DNA of 53,308 bases. Origin: Deltaproteobacteria bacterium. Lineage in GTDB: Bacteria > Myxococcota_A > UBA9160 > SMWR01. This document shows, one piece after another, positions 10,497-19,575 of this stretch (position 1 is the first letter of the stretch; every line of letters begins with the position of its first letter). The stretch lies in NCBI GenBank assembly GCA_019313245.1, contig JAFDBP010000040.1:1-53308 (forward strand). The letters run 5' to 3'. Under the pieces are notes generated by a model. That model ran no database searches and was not told the DNA's origin. It worked only from the letters and a program-made list of their open reading frames with translations. The position numbers were made by a program, and so were the translations under genes.

Positions 10497-11888
10497 ATGA
10501 CTTCTAGCCGTCTCGGGAATTGGCTGCGGCGCCAGCACGTGCGCCTCGCATCGGGGCGCCTGACCGCCTGGCTGCTGGCGGTCCTCGTATTCGTTCTCGG
10601 CGTCTATCTGTTCATTCCGCAAGATCGACAGGTGAGCGCGCTCGCAATCGAGGGTTGGGTCGAACAGAAGGGGCTGCTGGGGCGGGTGTGTCACGCGCTC
10701 GGGTTCAACTCCATCTTGCACTCGCCGCTGTTCTGGGGCACGTGCGCGCTGATGTTCGTCAATCTGGTGCTGTGTATGATCCGGCGGATTCGCTCCACGC
10801 TGAGCCTGTTTCGCTTCCCAGAGCGGCCGCCCCAGGCTTCGCTGGCCTGGCAGCGCCGCGAGATCGCTGGGCCGACCCTCGCGGAGGAAGGCATCGCCGA
10901 GCTACTCGGCAAGCGGGGGTTTCGCACGCTCGTCGACGACGGCAGGGTCTACGGGCTGCGCGGGCGATTCGCAATTGCCGGGCACTGGATCTTTTATCTG
11001 GGTCTGCTCGCCATGTTGGTCGTCGGGACTCTTGTGGCGCTGGCCCCGAAGCCCTTTCGCGGCCTGGTCGGCGTGGGAGACGGTGAGCCATTCGCACTGC
11101 ATCGCTCGCCCTTCCTCTCGACCCGCGATGCCGTTGCGCCCGAGCTTCCGGATCTGCGCTTCCAGGTGGAAGAGATCGAGACGCTGACGGAAGGAACGGA
11201 GACGGTTCACTTCGAAGCCCACGTCACGACGCCCGAGGGCGATCGGGGAATCATCGGTGTCAACCGGCCGTTCCGGCAGACGCCCTACCAGGTGATGGTT
11301 CACGGCTTCGGCTACATGGCGGGCTGGGCGATCACCGACTCGGGCGGCCGAATGGTCAACGGAGCCTGGGTGAAGCTGATTCCCTTTCCGCTGCTGCGCT
11401 CGGATACTTTTTCCATCGGCAGAGGAGAGAGCACGGTGCGCGTGCGTCTTTACCCCGATCACTACATGGAGGGAGAAACGCATCAGAGTCGAAGTTACGA
11501 ACTGCAAAACCCCCGATACACCGCGCGCATCTTCTGGCGCGGTTCGAAGATATACGACGGATTGCTCGAGCCGGGGCAGCGGGTGCCGCTCGAAGATGGC
11601 CTGGAATTCTTCTTCCTCCCCGAGATTCGGCGCTACGCGACGCTCGAAGTCATCCAGGAACGCGGCTATGTGGCGGTTTTCGCTTGCCTGGGGGTCATGA
11701 TCCTAGGTCTCGCGATCCGCTACTTTAGGATCCGCAAAGAGGTGCTGGTGCAGCGCAGCGAGGGGTCGATGGAAGTCTTTGGGCGCGGCGAGATCTTCGA
11801 GAGCCTCTTCGCCGAAGAATTCGACCAATTGGTCGACGCGCTGGCGAGTGCGAGTTTGCGCTCCGAGGATCCGAGGGGGGCCGCTTGA
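10497..11888 (+). CDS. resB: Cytochrome c biogenesis protein ResB/CcsB-like (System II)
   Basis: HSPLFW..LMFVNLVLCMIRR motif, three N-terminal TM segments, a large periplasmic domain and a C-terminal TM. Translationally coupled to ccsA. Confidence 0.8.
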   Translation: MTSSRLGNWLRRQHVRLASGRLTAWLLAVLVFVLGVYLFIPQDRQVSALAIEGWVEQKGLLGRVCHALGFNSILHSPLFWGTCALMFVNLVLCMIRRIRSTLSLFRFPERPPQASLAWQRREIAGPTLAEEGIAELLGKRGFRTLVDDGRVYGLRGRFAIAGHWIFYLGLLAMLVVGTLVALAPKPFRGLVGVGDGEPFALHRSPFLSTRDAVAPELPDLRFQVEEIETLTEGTETVHFEAHVTTPEGDRGIIGVNRPFRQTPYQVMVHGFGYMAGWAITDSGGRMVNGAWVKLIPFPLLRSDTFSIGRGESTVRVRLYPDHYMEGETHQSRSYELQNPRYTARIFWRGSKIYDGLLEPGQRVPLEDGLEFFFLPEIRRYATLEVIQERGYVAVFACLGVMILGLAIRYFRIRKEVLVQRSEGSMEVFGRGEIFESLFAEEFDQLVDALASASLRSEDPRGAA

Positions 11889-12784
11889 GCCCGGTCGAGT
11901 ACGCAGCCTTCTGGACCACCGTCTTCGCGTACGCGCTGGGAACGGCGCTGTCGCTTTCGGGCATCGTCTTCAATCGCGAGCGCTGGCTCACAGCTGCGGG
12001 CGCCGTCTGCACGGTCGGGCTTCTCGCCCATCTCGTCGCGGTTGGCGCGCGGATCGAATTCACCGGGCACCTGCCGGTGGCGAGCCGCTACGAAAATGTC
12101 CTGACCGGATCGGCGGTCGTGATGCTCTTCAGCCTCATCACCATTTTGCGCCGGCGTAGCCTGAAGCCGATGGTCGTGTTTGTGGCGCCGTTTGCATTGT
12201 TGATGCTGGGCTATGCGCTGCTCGAGCAGCCCCGCTACACGACCATGTCGCTCGTCCTCGACAACCTCTGGATGTTCATCCACATCTTCTTCGCCTGGCT
12301 GGCCTACGGCGCCTACTCGGTAGCGGCGGCGCTCGGCGTGGTCTACCTGCTGCGCAGCCGCGCGAATGCGAATCAACTGCCCCCGTTGCTCCAGCGCCTG
12401 CCGGAGCCGAACGTGCTCGACGATCTGATCTTCCGCTCGATCATCTTCGGTTTCATCGGCCACGTGGTGATGATCTCGACGGGCGCGATCTGGGCGCGCG
12501 ATCTCTGGGGCAACTACTGGAACTGGGATCCGGTGGAAACCTGGAGCCTGCTCTCCGGCCTGCTCTACGGGCTCTGGATCCACCTGCGGGTGGGGTTGCA
12601 CTGGCGCGGGCGCCGCATGGCCTGGCTCGCCGTCGGCTCTCTACTGACTGTGGTGTTCGCGTTCTGGGGCACGAACATGTTCGGCGGGACGAGCCACTCG
12701 CTCGACGACCTTCGACTCAAGGCGCCCGGCGAAGAGGCCGGCCTCGCCCCGGAGCCTTCGATCCCCGAGCCGCCCGCGAATTGA
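11885..12784 (+). CDS. ccsA: Cytochrome c synthase CcsA/ResC (System II)
   Basis: WWD motif TGAIWARDLWGNYWNWDPVETW. Conserved His in WMFIH, WIHLR and TSHS. The TTG start overlaps the resB stop. Confidence 0.93.
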   Translation: MSPVEYAAFWTTVFAYALGTALSLSGIVFNRERWLTAAGAVCTVGLLAHLVAVGARIEFTGHLPVASRYENVLTGSAVVMLFSLITILRRRSLKPMVVFVAPFALLMLGYALLEQPRYTTMSLVLDNLWMFIHIFFAWLAYGAYSVAAALGVVYLLRSRANANQLPPLLQRLPEPNVLDDLIFRSIIFGFIGHVVMISTGAIWARDLWGNYWNWDPVETWSLLSGLLYGLWIHLRVGLHWRGRRMAWLAVGSLLTVVFAFWGTNMFGGTSHSLDDLRLKAPGEEAGLAPEPSIPEPPAN

Positions 12785-12880
12785 CGCTACATGCGGCGTG
12801 TGCCACGGTCGGCGTTCGATCGGGCCGGCCGGAAGCCCGCTGGTAAATAGTCCTACTGCGAGAGAGGCGCGATCGCTCCC

Positions 12881-13231
12881 ATGGCAATCCTCGTGATGTT
12901 CAGCAACTACTTTCACGATCTCGCGACCGCGATCTTTGCGGTGAGCGCGGTGACCGCCTACCTCCTGCAGCGTTCGCTCGCGATGCAAACCGCACCCGCG
13001 TCCCTTCAGCCCGTGGTTCGCGGAATCCAACGCATGGGCTACTACTCGCTCGCGTGGACGCTCGTGTTCGGCGCCTTTCGCAGCATGACCTACCGCGAGT
13101 ACGAGTGGGTAGAGGCCGCAGGTCGTGATCAGGTGCCCGCGTTGGTGGTGAAGCACATCTTTCTAGCCGCTCTGGTCATCACCGGTGTGATCTTCCTCTA
13201 CAAGCTTCGCCGGCTACGGGTGGCGGGGTAG
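12881..13231 (+). CDS. Small three-TM membrane protein with intramembrane His residues (CopD-like topology), function unknown
   Basis: GAGAGG RBS. Three hydrophobic helices, with NYFHDLA and VVKHIFL motifs. Confidence 0.7.
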   Translation: MAILVMFSNYFHDLATAIFAVSAVTAYLLQRSLAMQTAPASLQPVVRGIQRMGYYSLAWTLVFGAFRSMTYREYEWVEAAGRDQVPALVVKHIFLAALVITGVIFLYKLRRLRVAG

Positions 13232-13392
13232 CCCACTGACCGAGCTGCTGAACTCGCCGGCCGGGAAGGCTGGCCTGCGAGAGCGATTCCTGCAAATACC
13301 GGCGCTCATCCTCCCCCAGCATTTCGCAACGCGAGCGGGCTGCGGATCGATCTGAGGTCTTCGGCTAAAGCGTTGCGGCGTTGCGCTCCCGC

Positions 13393-14949
13393 CTAGCGGG
13401 ATGTCTGGTTCGCCGCGTCGCCGACGGTCTCTCCGGGCTCCTCGTCGTCACCGTCCAGCTTGACCGAGTAGGGGCAGAGCTTCATGGCCTCCTCCTCGAT
13501 TCCGACGATGCCGATCCGCTTGAGCAGGGCCCGGATTTCCGGGGGCATGCCCTTGCCGGAGGCCATCTTCTTGCGGACGAAGGAACTCCCCATGATGAGC
13601 TTCATCGCGCGCAGCATGTAGTCGCGGCGCGCTGAATCTCGGTCGGTGAAGACCGACACGGCTTTGTGGGTGTAGAACGAGCGGTAACAGTCGACGATCG
13701 CGTTGTCGACGTCCGCGAGGCTCATCGCTTTCGGGCGGATGACCGGGTCGATCAGGTTGTACTTCCGGTAGTCGTGCGACGCGATGTGCGGCTCCATCTC
13801 CTTCCAGAGTTGGGTGTAGGGCCAGGGCGTGATTGCGAGGTAGTGGGCGTTGTCGGGATCGTAGGTCTTCGAGAGTTCGAGGGTGCGCTTGATACTCTCG
13901 GGCGTTTCGTCGGGAAAGCCGAGCACGAAGGAGGTCTCGCTGACGATTCCGTGCTGGTAGAGCAACCGGAGCGCCTGGATGCCGCTCTCGACGTTCGCGT
14001 CCTTGTTGATCAGGTCGAGCGTCTCTTGGTCCGTGGCCTCGATGCCGACGTACACGTGGGCGATCCCGGCGGCGACGTATTTGTCGAGAATCGGCTCGTC
14101 GCGCACGACATCTCCGACGCGGGTTTCGAGCAGCAGTTTCTGTCCGAGATCCCGCTCGATCACCAGGTCGAGGATGCTCTCCCAGCGGCGCGCATCGGGC
14201 GTGGGGTACTCGTCGGAGAGCAGGATCACATCGACGTCGTGTTCGCGACGCAGAAATTCGAGTTCGTCGACCACGCACTCGGGCGATCGCCCGCGCCAGC
14301 TGCGGTTCCAGAACTTCTGCTGTGAGCAGAACGTGCAGCCGTGCATGCAGCCGCGCGAAGTGCTGATCGCGCCCAACCGCGACCCCGGATAGACGAAGTA
14401 GGTGTAGGTCGGCCAATCCAGCAGGTCCCACGCGAGCGGCAGTCCGTCGAGGCTCGGGTGCCACGGGCGCGTGGGATTGGATTCCGGGGCGCCGTCTTTG
14501 CGATGTGCGACGCCGCGCACCTTTGCGACGTCGCCGCCATCACGCAGCGCGGTCAAAAGCTCTGTGAAGCTGTGCTCGCCCTCGCCGCGAATGACGAAGT
14601 CGACCGGGTGACCCGGCTCTTCGAGAACCCGGCGCCACATGAAGGAGGCGTGGACGCCGCCCATTGCGGTGCGGGCGCCGAGCGCCTTGGCGACCTTCAT
14701 GATTTCCAGCCCATCGGGATAGGTGGCGGTGATGCAGGAGGTCGCGACGATGTCGGGCTCTTTCGTCTCGATGGCGCGCGCGATGTCATCGTGTGTCGCG
14801 TCGAGGCTCATCGCGTCGTAGATCTCGCACTCGAATCCCGCCTCGCGCGCGCTGCCGGCGAGGTAGACCAGGTGGAGCGGAATCCAGCGCCCCGCCACCT
14901 CGACGACTCCACAGTGGTACGGCGGCGTGATGAATAGAACCTTGGTCAT
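13393..14949 (-). CDS. Cobalamin (B12)-binding radical SAM enzyme (class B / BchE-like)
   Basis: N-terminal B12-binding-type domain (KVLFITPP..PLHLVYLAG..GGVHAS), SRGCMHGCTFC CxxxCxxC motif, GIEA and GFPDET motifs. Confidence 0.9.
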   Translation of the reverse strand: MTKVLFITPPYHCGVVEVAGRWIPLHLVYLAGSAREAGFECEIYDAMSLDATHDDIARAIETKEPDIVATSCITATYPDGLEIMKVAKALGARTAMGGVHASFMWRRVLEEPGHPVDFVIRGEGEHSFTELLTALRDGGDVAKVRGVAHRKDGAPESNPTRPWHPSLDGLPLAWDLLDWPTYTYFVYPGSRLGAISTSRGCMHGCTFCSQQKFWNRSWRGRSPECVVDELEFLRREHDVDVILLSDEYPTPDARRWESILDLVIERDLGQKLLLETRVGDVVRDEPILDKYVAAGIAHVYVGIEATDQETLDLINKDANVESGIQALRLLYQHGIVSETSFVLGFPDETPESIKRTLELSKTYDPDNAHYLAITPWPYTQLWKEMEPHIASHDYRKYNLIDPVIRPKAMSLADVDNAIVDCYRSFYTHKAVSVFTDRDSARRDYMLRAMKLIMGSSFVRKKMASGKGMPPEIRALLKRIGIVGIEEEAMKLCPYSVKLDGDDEEPGETVGDAANQTSR

Positions 14950-15244
14950 GAAACCTTCCGCTCGCGTGTGATTGCGTCGGGCGCGGTATTGCGGATCGCC
15001 GTTGCTAGGGGGGGGTACGCCAGACCATAGGCGAACGCGTCGAGTTTCTCCCCGCTACTCGTTGTAATCGTCCAGCCGCCGCTCTAGCGTGAACTTCGAT
15101 GGGGCCGCAGCGAAGCCGCGCGAAAACACATATTTTTGCTCGGATATGCTGTAGAAAATGCCGATAAATCAGCGGTATAGGAGCGTTTTCAATTCACTAG
15201 CATCGTCCGTACGGCAGCCGCCGCCGCTGTAGATCGCCCGCTGC

Positions 15245-15260
15245 CGGCACGTCCTTTGCA
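15245..15260 (+). promoter_or_regulatory. Putative sigma-54 (-24/-12) promoter for the FG-GAP/PEP-CTERM gene
   Basis: CGGCACGTCCTTTGCA matches GGCACG-N4-TTGCA. GG at 15246-15247, GC at 15258-15259. Confidence 0.7.
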
Positions 15261-15273
15261 CAGGTTGGTAGAC

Positions 15274-18200
15274 ATGCGAAATCTCCTGGGTTCAGTCGAA
15301 TTTGTGCGTTCGATTTGCGCGGGCATTGCGAGCCCGCGCGGCTTCTCGCGCGCGACCAACCGAGACTTCTCGCGCGATGGCCGGCGATCCCGGCCGAATG
15401 CCCTGCGAGGACTGCTGGTGGCACTCGTCCTCGCGATCCCCGCAGCGACGGTTCACGGCAGCGCTCCGGAGGCGAAGCGCGGCGTTTCGGTAATCGCGCC
15501 CGAGATTGGTAATTCGGCGCAAGTGCTAGGTGCGGATGCCGCTTGGATGGGGCGCATCCAACACCACCTGGCTGAGCGAGAGTACGCGGTGGGGCCGAAT
15601 CTCCACGGTCTGCAAGCGCCGAATCGCGCGCACAATCTGCGCACCTATTTCGACGCCACGGGCATCCAGGTCGTGGATCGCACGGCGGTGAGCAGCCCCG
15701 ATCTGCTCGCGCTGCGACTCGCGAGTATCGGCCGGGGCGCCCAGTCGCTTCCGGTCGCTCCGGGCGAGGTGACGAGCGCGGGTGCGCGCGTCGAGATCCG
15801 GCGACCCCACATCGTGGAGTGGTACCTGAACTCCGCCGCGGGTCTCGAGCACGGATTCACGCTGGAGCGACGGCCCGCGGGTGACGGGTCGCTCGCGGTC
15901 GAACTCGCCGTGCGCGGCGCACGCGCTGTCCTCGACGGCGAGCGGATCGTGTTCCTGAGCGCAACGGGGCGGCAGCTCGAGTACGGGAAGTTGGCGGTGC
16001 TCGACGCCGAGGGCGCGCGACTGGAGGCGCGCTTCGAGGTGCCGGATCCCGGGCGTGTGCGGCTGATCGTCGACGATCGAGCGGCCAGCTACCCGATCGA
16101 GATCGATCCCTTGCTCGCGGCGAACGATGCGACCGCATCGAGAGCAAAGAGTGTCGCGGAGCTCGTCCGAGAGCGGCGGCTGCGCCGCCGCGGCCAGAAG
16201 AGCTCGGTCAGCTACGCGGCGGTGGCCGCCGAAGAAGCCGCGGCGTTCGCGCGCCTGGAAGCTGCGATGGCCTTCGCGAATGGGAATCCCGTGACGGCGG
16301 ATGCGCAGCTCGAGTCGAACCAGGCGAGTGCGGCGCTGGGCACGAGCGTCGCGGGTGCGGGCGACGTAAACGGCGACGGTTACGCGGACGTGATCGTGGG
16401 CGCGCCGAGCTACGACGCCGGAGAGGCCGACGAGGGCGCGGCGTTCGTGTTCCTGGGCAGCGCTTCGGGTGTCCCCGACGGAAACCCCGTGACGGCGGAT
16501 GCGCAGCTCGAGTCGAACCAGGGGAGCGCGGCGCTGGGCACGAGCGTCGCGGGAGCGGGCGACGTGAACGGCGACGGTTACGCCGACGTGATCGTGGGCG
16601 CGCCGAGCTACGACGCCGGAGAGGCCGACGAGGGCGCGGCGTTCGTGTTCCTGGGCGGTGCTTCGGGCGTCGCCGATGGCAACCCCTCGACGGCGGATGC
16701 ACAGCTGGAATCGGACCAGGCGAGCGCGGCGTTGGGCACGAGCGTTGCGGGCGCGGGTGACGTCGATGCCGATGGTTACGCAGATGTGATCGCGGGCGCC
16801 CCGGGTTACGACGACGTAGAAGCCGAGGAAGGCGCGGCCTTCGTGTTCCTGGGTAGCGCGTCGGGTGTCGGCGATGGGGATCCGCTGACCGCAGATGCAC
16901 AGCTGGAGTCGAACCAGGCGAACGCAGCGCTAGGCACGAGCGTCGCGGGAGCCGGCGACGTCAATGGGGATGGCTTTGGCGATGTGATCGTCGGTGCGCC
17001 CGGTTACGACGACCTTGAGGCCGAGGAAGGTGCGGCATTCGTGTTTCTGGGCAGCGAGTCGGGCATCGCGGACGGGAATCCGGGAACGGCGGCAACCCAG
17101 CTCGAATCCAATCAGGCGAGTGCGCAGTTGGGCGGGAGTGTCTCTGCCGCGGGCGACGTCGACGGCGACGGCTACGGCGACGTAATTGTCGGCGCGCGCT
17201 ACTACAGCTCCGGTGCGAGTTGGGGCGAAGGGGCCGCGCTCGTATTTCTCGGCGGCGTTGCGGGCATCGCCGATGGAAATCCGGCGACGGCTGCCGTGGT
17301 CATCAAGGTCGATGGGGACAAGGTGTCGTTCGGCGCGAGCGTGTCCACCGCGGGCGACGCAAACGGCGACGGCTACGCGGACGTGATCGTCGGCGCGCCG
17401 TTGTACGACTCGGGAGATCTCGCCGAAGGGGCCGCATTTCTGTTCCTCGGCAGCGCGTCGGGCGTCACGAGCCAGAGCGTGGCTTCGGCGGCGGCGCGTT
17501 TCGAATCGGATCAGGCGGATGCTGAGTTGGGAGGCTGCGTCGCCAGTGCGGGCGACGTGAATGGCGATGGCTATGCGGATCTGATCGTAGGGGCCGCTCT
17601 TTACGACGCGGGCGAAATCGACGAGGGCGCGGCCTTCGTGTTCCTGGGCGGCGCGTCAGCCATCGCGGGCGGCGATCCCGCTGCTGCGGACGCCCAACTC
17701 GAGTCCAATCAGGCGACCGCCTGGTTGGGGACGAGCGTCTCGGGCGCCGGCGACCTCAATGGCGATGGCTATGCGGACGTGATCGTCGGTGCGCCCACCT
17801 ACGATGCGGGCGAGGTCGACGAGGGCGCTGCATTCGTGTTCCTCGGCGGCGCATCGGGCATCGCCGATGGCAACCCCGCCACTGCGGACACTCAGCTCGA
17901 GGGAGACCAGGCGGGTGCGTGGTTCGGCTTCAGCGTCTCCGGAGCCGGAGACGTAAACGGCGACGGTTACGCCGACGTGATCGTCGGCGCCTCCGACTAT
18001 TCGGCAGGCCAGACCTACGAGGGGGCCGCTTTCATCTATCTGGGCAGCGCGACGGGGATCGCCGATGGCGATCCGGTGACTGCGGATACGCAATTGGAGT
18101 CGAACCAGGCGGACGCCTATCTCGGCTGGAGCGTTTCCGCGGCGGGCGATGTGAATGGCGATGGCTATGGAGACGTGATCGTCGGATCTGCGGCCTATTC

Positions 18201-19575
18201 GGCTGGCGAGGCGATCGAGGGCGCCGCATTCATCTTTCACGGCGGCATGTCGGGCATCTCGGACGGCAACCCGACCACGGCCAACGCGCAGGTCGAGGGC
18301 AACCAGGCGTCGGCGTGGCTGGGCTCGAGCGTATCCGGGGCCGGGGACGTAAACGGCGACGGCTACGCGGACGTGATCGTGGGCGCACCCGAATACGACG
18401 CGGGCCAGGTCGATGAAGGCATTGCCGCCGTATTCCTCGGCAGCGACACCGGTATCGCGAGCGGAAACCCGACCACGGCGGATGCGCTGATCGAAGGCGA
18501 TCAAGCCAACGCGCTGATGGGCGCGAGTGTGGCCGGAGCCGGCGACGTGAACGGCGATGGCTACGCGGACGTGATCGCGGGTGCGAGTGATTACGACGCA
18601 GGCGAGATCGACGAGGGCGCGGCATTCGTCATCCTCGGAAGCGCGACCGGCATCCCGAATGCCACCCCGGCGAGCGCGAACGCCCAACTCGAAGCGAACC
18701 AGCCCTATTCGTGGCTCGGCGCGAGCGTGTCGGGTGCGGGTGACGTGAACGGCGACGGCTACGCGGATGTCATCGTCGGCGCGTCCGATTACGACGCGGG
18801 TAAGACAGACGAAGGCGCGGCCTTCGTTTTCCTCGGCGGCGCGGCGGGCATCGCGAATGGCAACCCGGCCACGGCCGATGCGCAGATCGAGGCGCGACAG
18901 GTGGAAGCCTTCCTCGGCTGGAGCGTTTCGGGTGCCGGCGACGTGAATGGCGACGGCTTCGCAGACGTGATCGTCGGAGCGACCGATTACGACGCGGGCG
19001 AAATCGACGAGGGCGCCGCGTTCGTCTTCCTCGGCAACGCCGGAGCGGACGGTCGAACGGTGCTCGCGCGCCAGCTGCGGGGAGTGGCCGGTTCGATACC
19101 CGTCGAACCCTGGGGCACCTCGTACGTCCTCGACCAATTCAAGCTCGAAATGGCCGCGACGCACCCGATGGGGCGCGGGCGGGTCAAGCTCGAGGCCGAG
19201 ATCTGCCCCCCGGCCGCGCCGTTTGGAGATCTCAGCTGCAGCAGCCAGGTCTCTCCGAACTGGATCGATGCGACGGCGACACCGGGCGGCGTGATCCTCA
19301 GCGAGACGATTTCGGGCCTGACGTCCGACACCCTCTACCGCTGGCGAGCCCGCGTTCTCTACGCGCCCTTCGGCGTCACCGAGACCGGGATCACGCCGCC
19401 TCCGAACCCGGCCCACGGGCCCTGGCGGCGCGCGTCGGCGCAGGCCGTCGAGGCGGATGTCCGGACGCTGCCGGAGCCCGGAATGCTGGTAATGCTCAGC
19501 TCCGGGATCGCGCTGCTGATGCGGATCGGCGGTAAACGGTTGTGGGCCGGCTCCTATCGCAACGCTTCCAGATAG
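15274..19575 (+). CDS. Integrin-alpha-like FG-GAP repeat surface protein (14 repeats) with a PEP-CTERM-like sorting signal; start uncertain
   Basis: Hydrophobic signal segment, an N-terminal domain ending YPIEIDPLL, 14 GD(V/L/A)(N/D)xDG(Y/F)xD..VIVGAP repeats, and a C-terminal LPEPG + TM + basic residues. Confidence 0.9.
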   Translation: MRNLLGSVEFVRSICAGIASPRGFSRATNRDFSRDGRRSRPNALRGLLVALVLAIPAATVHGSAPEAKRGVSVIAPEIGNSAQVLGADAAWMGRIQHHLAEREYAVGPNLHGLQAPNRAHNLRTYFDATGIQVVDRTAVSSPDLLALRLASIGRGAQSLPVAPGEVTSAGARVEIRRPHIVEWYLNSAAGLEHGFTLERRPAGDGSLAVELAVRGARAVLDGERIVFLSATGRQLEYGKLAVLDAEGARLEARFEVPDPGRVRLIVDDRAASYPIEIDPLLAANDATASRAKSVAELVRERRLRRRGQKSSVSYAAVAAEEAAAFARLEAAMAFANGNPVTADAQLESNQASAALGTSVAGAGDVNGDGYADVIVGAPSYDAGEADEGAAFVFLGSASGVPDGNPVTADAQLESNQGSAALGTSVAGAGDVNGDGYADVIVGAPSYDAGEADEGAAFVFLGGASGVADGNPSTADAQLESDQASAALGTSVAGAGDVDADGYADVIAGAPGYDDVEAEEGAAFVFLGSASGVGDGDPLTADAQLESNQANAALGTSVAGAGDVNGDGFGDVIVGAPGYDDLEAEEGAAFVFLGSESGIADGNPGTAATQLESNQASAQLGGSVSAAGDVDGDGYGDVIVGARYYSSGASWGEGAALVFLGGVAGIADGNPATAAVVIKVDGDKVSFGASVSTAGDANGDGYADVIVGAPLYDSGDLAEGAAFLFLGSASGVTSQSVASAAARFESDQADAELGGCVASAGDVNGDGYADLIVGAALYDAGEIDEGAAFVFLGGASAIAGGDPAAADAQLESNQATAWLGTSVSGAGDLNGDGYADVIVGAPTYDAGEVDEGAAFVFLGGASGIADGNPATADTQLEGDQAGAWFGFSVSGAGDVNGDGYADVIVGASDYSAGQTYEGAAFIYLGSATGIADGDPVTADTQLESNQADAYLGWSVSAAGDVNGDGYGDVIVGSAAYSAGEAIEGAAFIFHGGMSGISDGNPTTANAQVEGNQASAWLGSSVSGAGDVNGDGYADVIVGAPEYDAGQVDEGIAAVFLGSDTGIASGNPTTADALIEGDQANALMGASVAGAGDVNGDGYADVIAGASDYDAGEIDEGAAFVILGSATGIPNATPASANAQLEANQPYSWLGASVSGAGDVNGDGYADVIVGASDYDAGKTDEGAAFVFLGGAAGIANGNPATADAQIEARQVEAFLGWSVSGAGDVNGDGFADVIVGATDYDAGEIDEGAAFVFLGNAGADGRTVLARQLRGVAGSIPVEPWGTSYVLDQFKLEMAATHPMGRGRVKLEAEICPPAAPFGDLSCSSQVSPNWIDATATPGGVILSETISGLTSDTLYRWRARVLYAPFGVTETGITPPPNPAHGPWRRASAQAVEADVRTLPEPGMLVMLSSGIALLMRIGGKRLWAGSYRNASR
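16282..19035 (+). repeat. 14 tandem ~198-bp coding repeats (FG-GAP blades)
   Basis: 66-aa period. Units 1 and 2 (aligned from 16291 and 16489) are nearly identical at the DNA level. Confidence 0.95.

Noticed and set aside
13259-13275. GC hairpin between convergent genes as a bidirectional terminator
   Set aside because: The stem is short and imperfect with no U-tract on either strand.
13393-14949. Calling the radical SAM gene bchE (photosynthesis)
   Set aside because: Only the general B12 radical SAM architecture is supported, and no bch or puf genes are nearby.
16282-19035. 198-bp repeats as a DGR template/variable repeat pair or mobile element
   Set aside because: All copies are in-frame blades of one protein, differences are not adenine-specific, and no reverse transcriptase or transposase is in the window.
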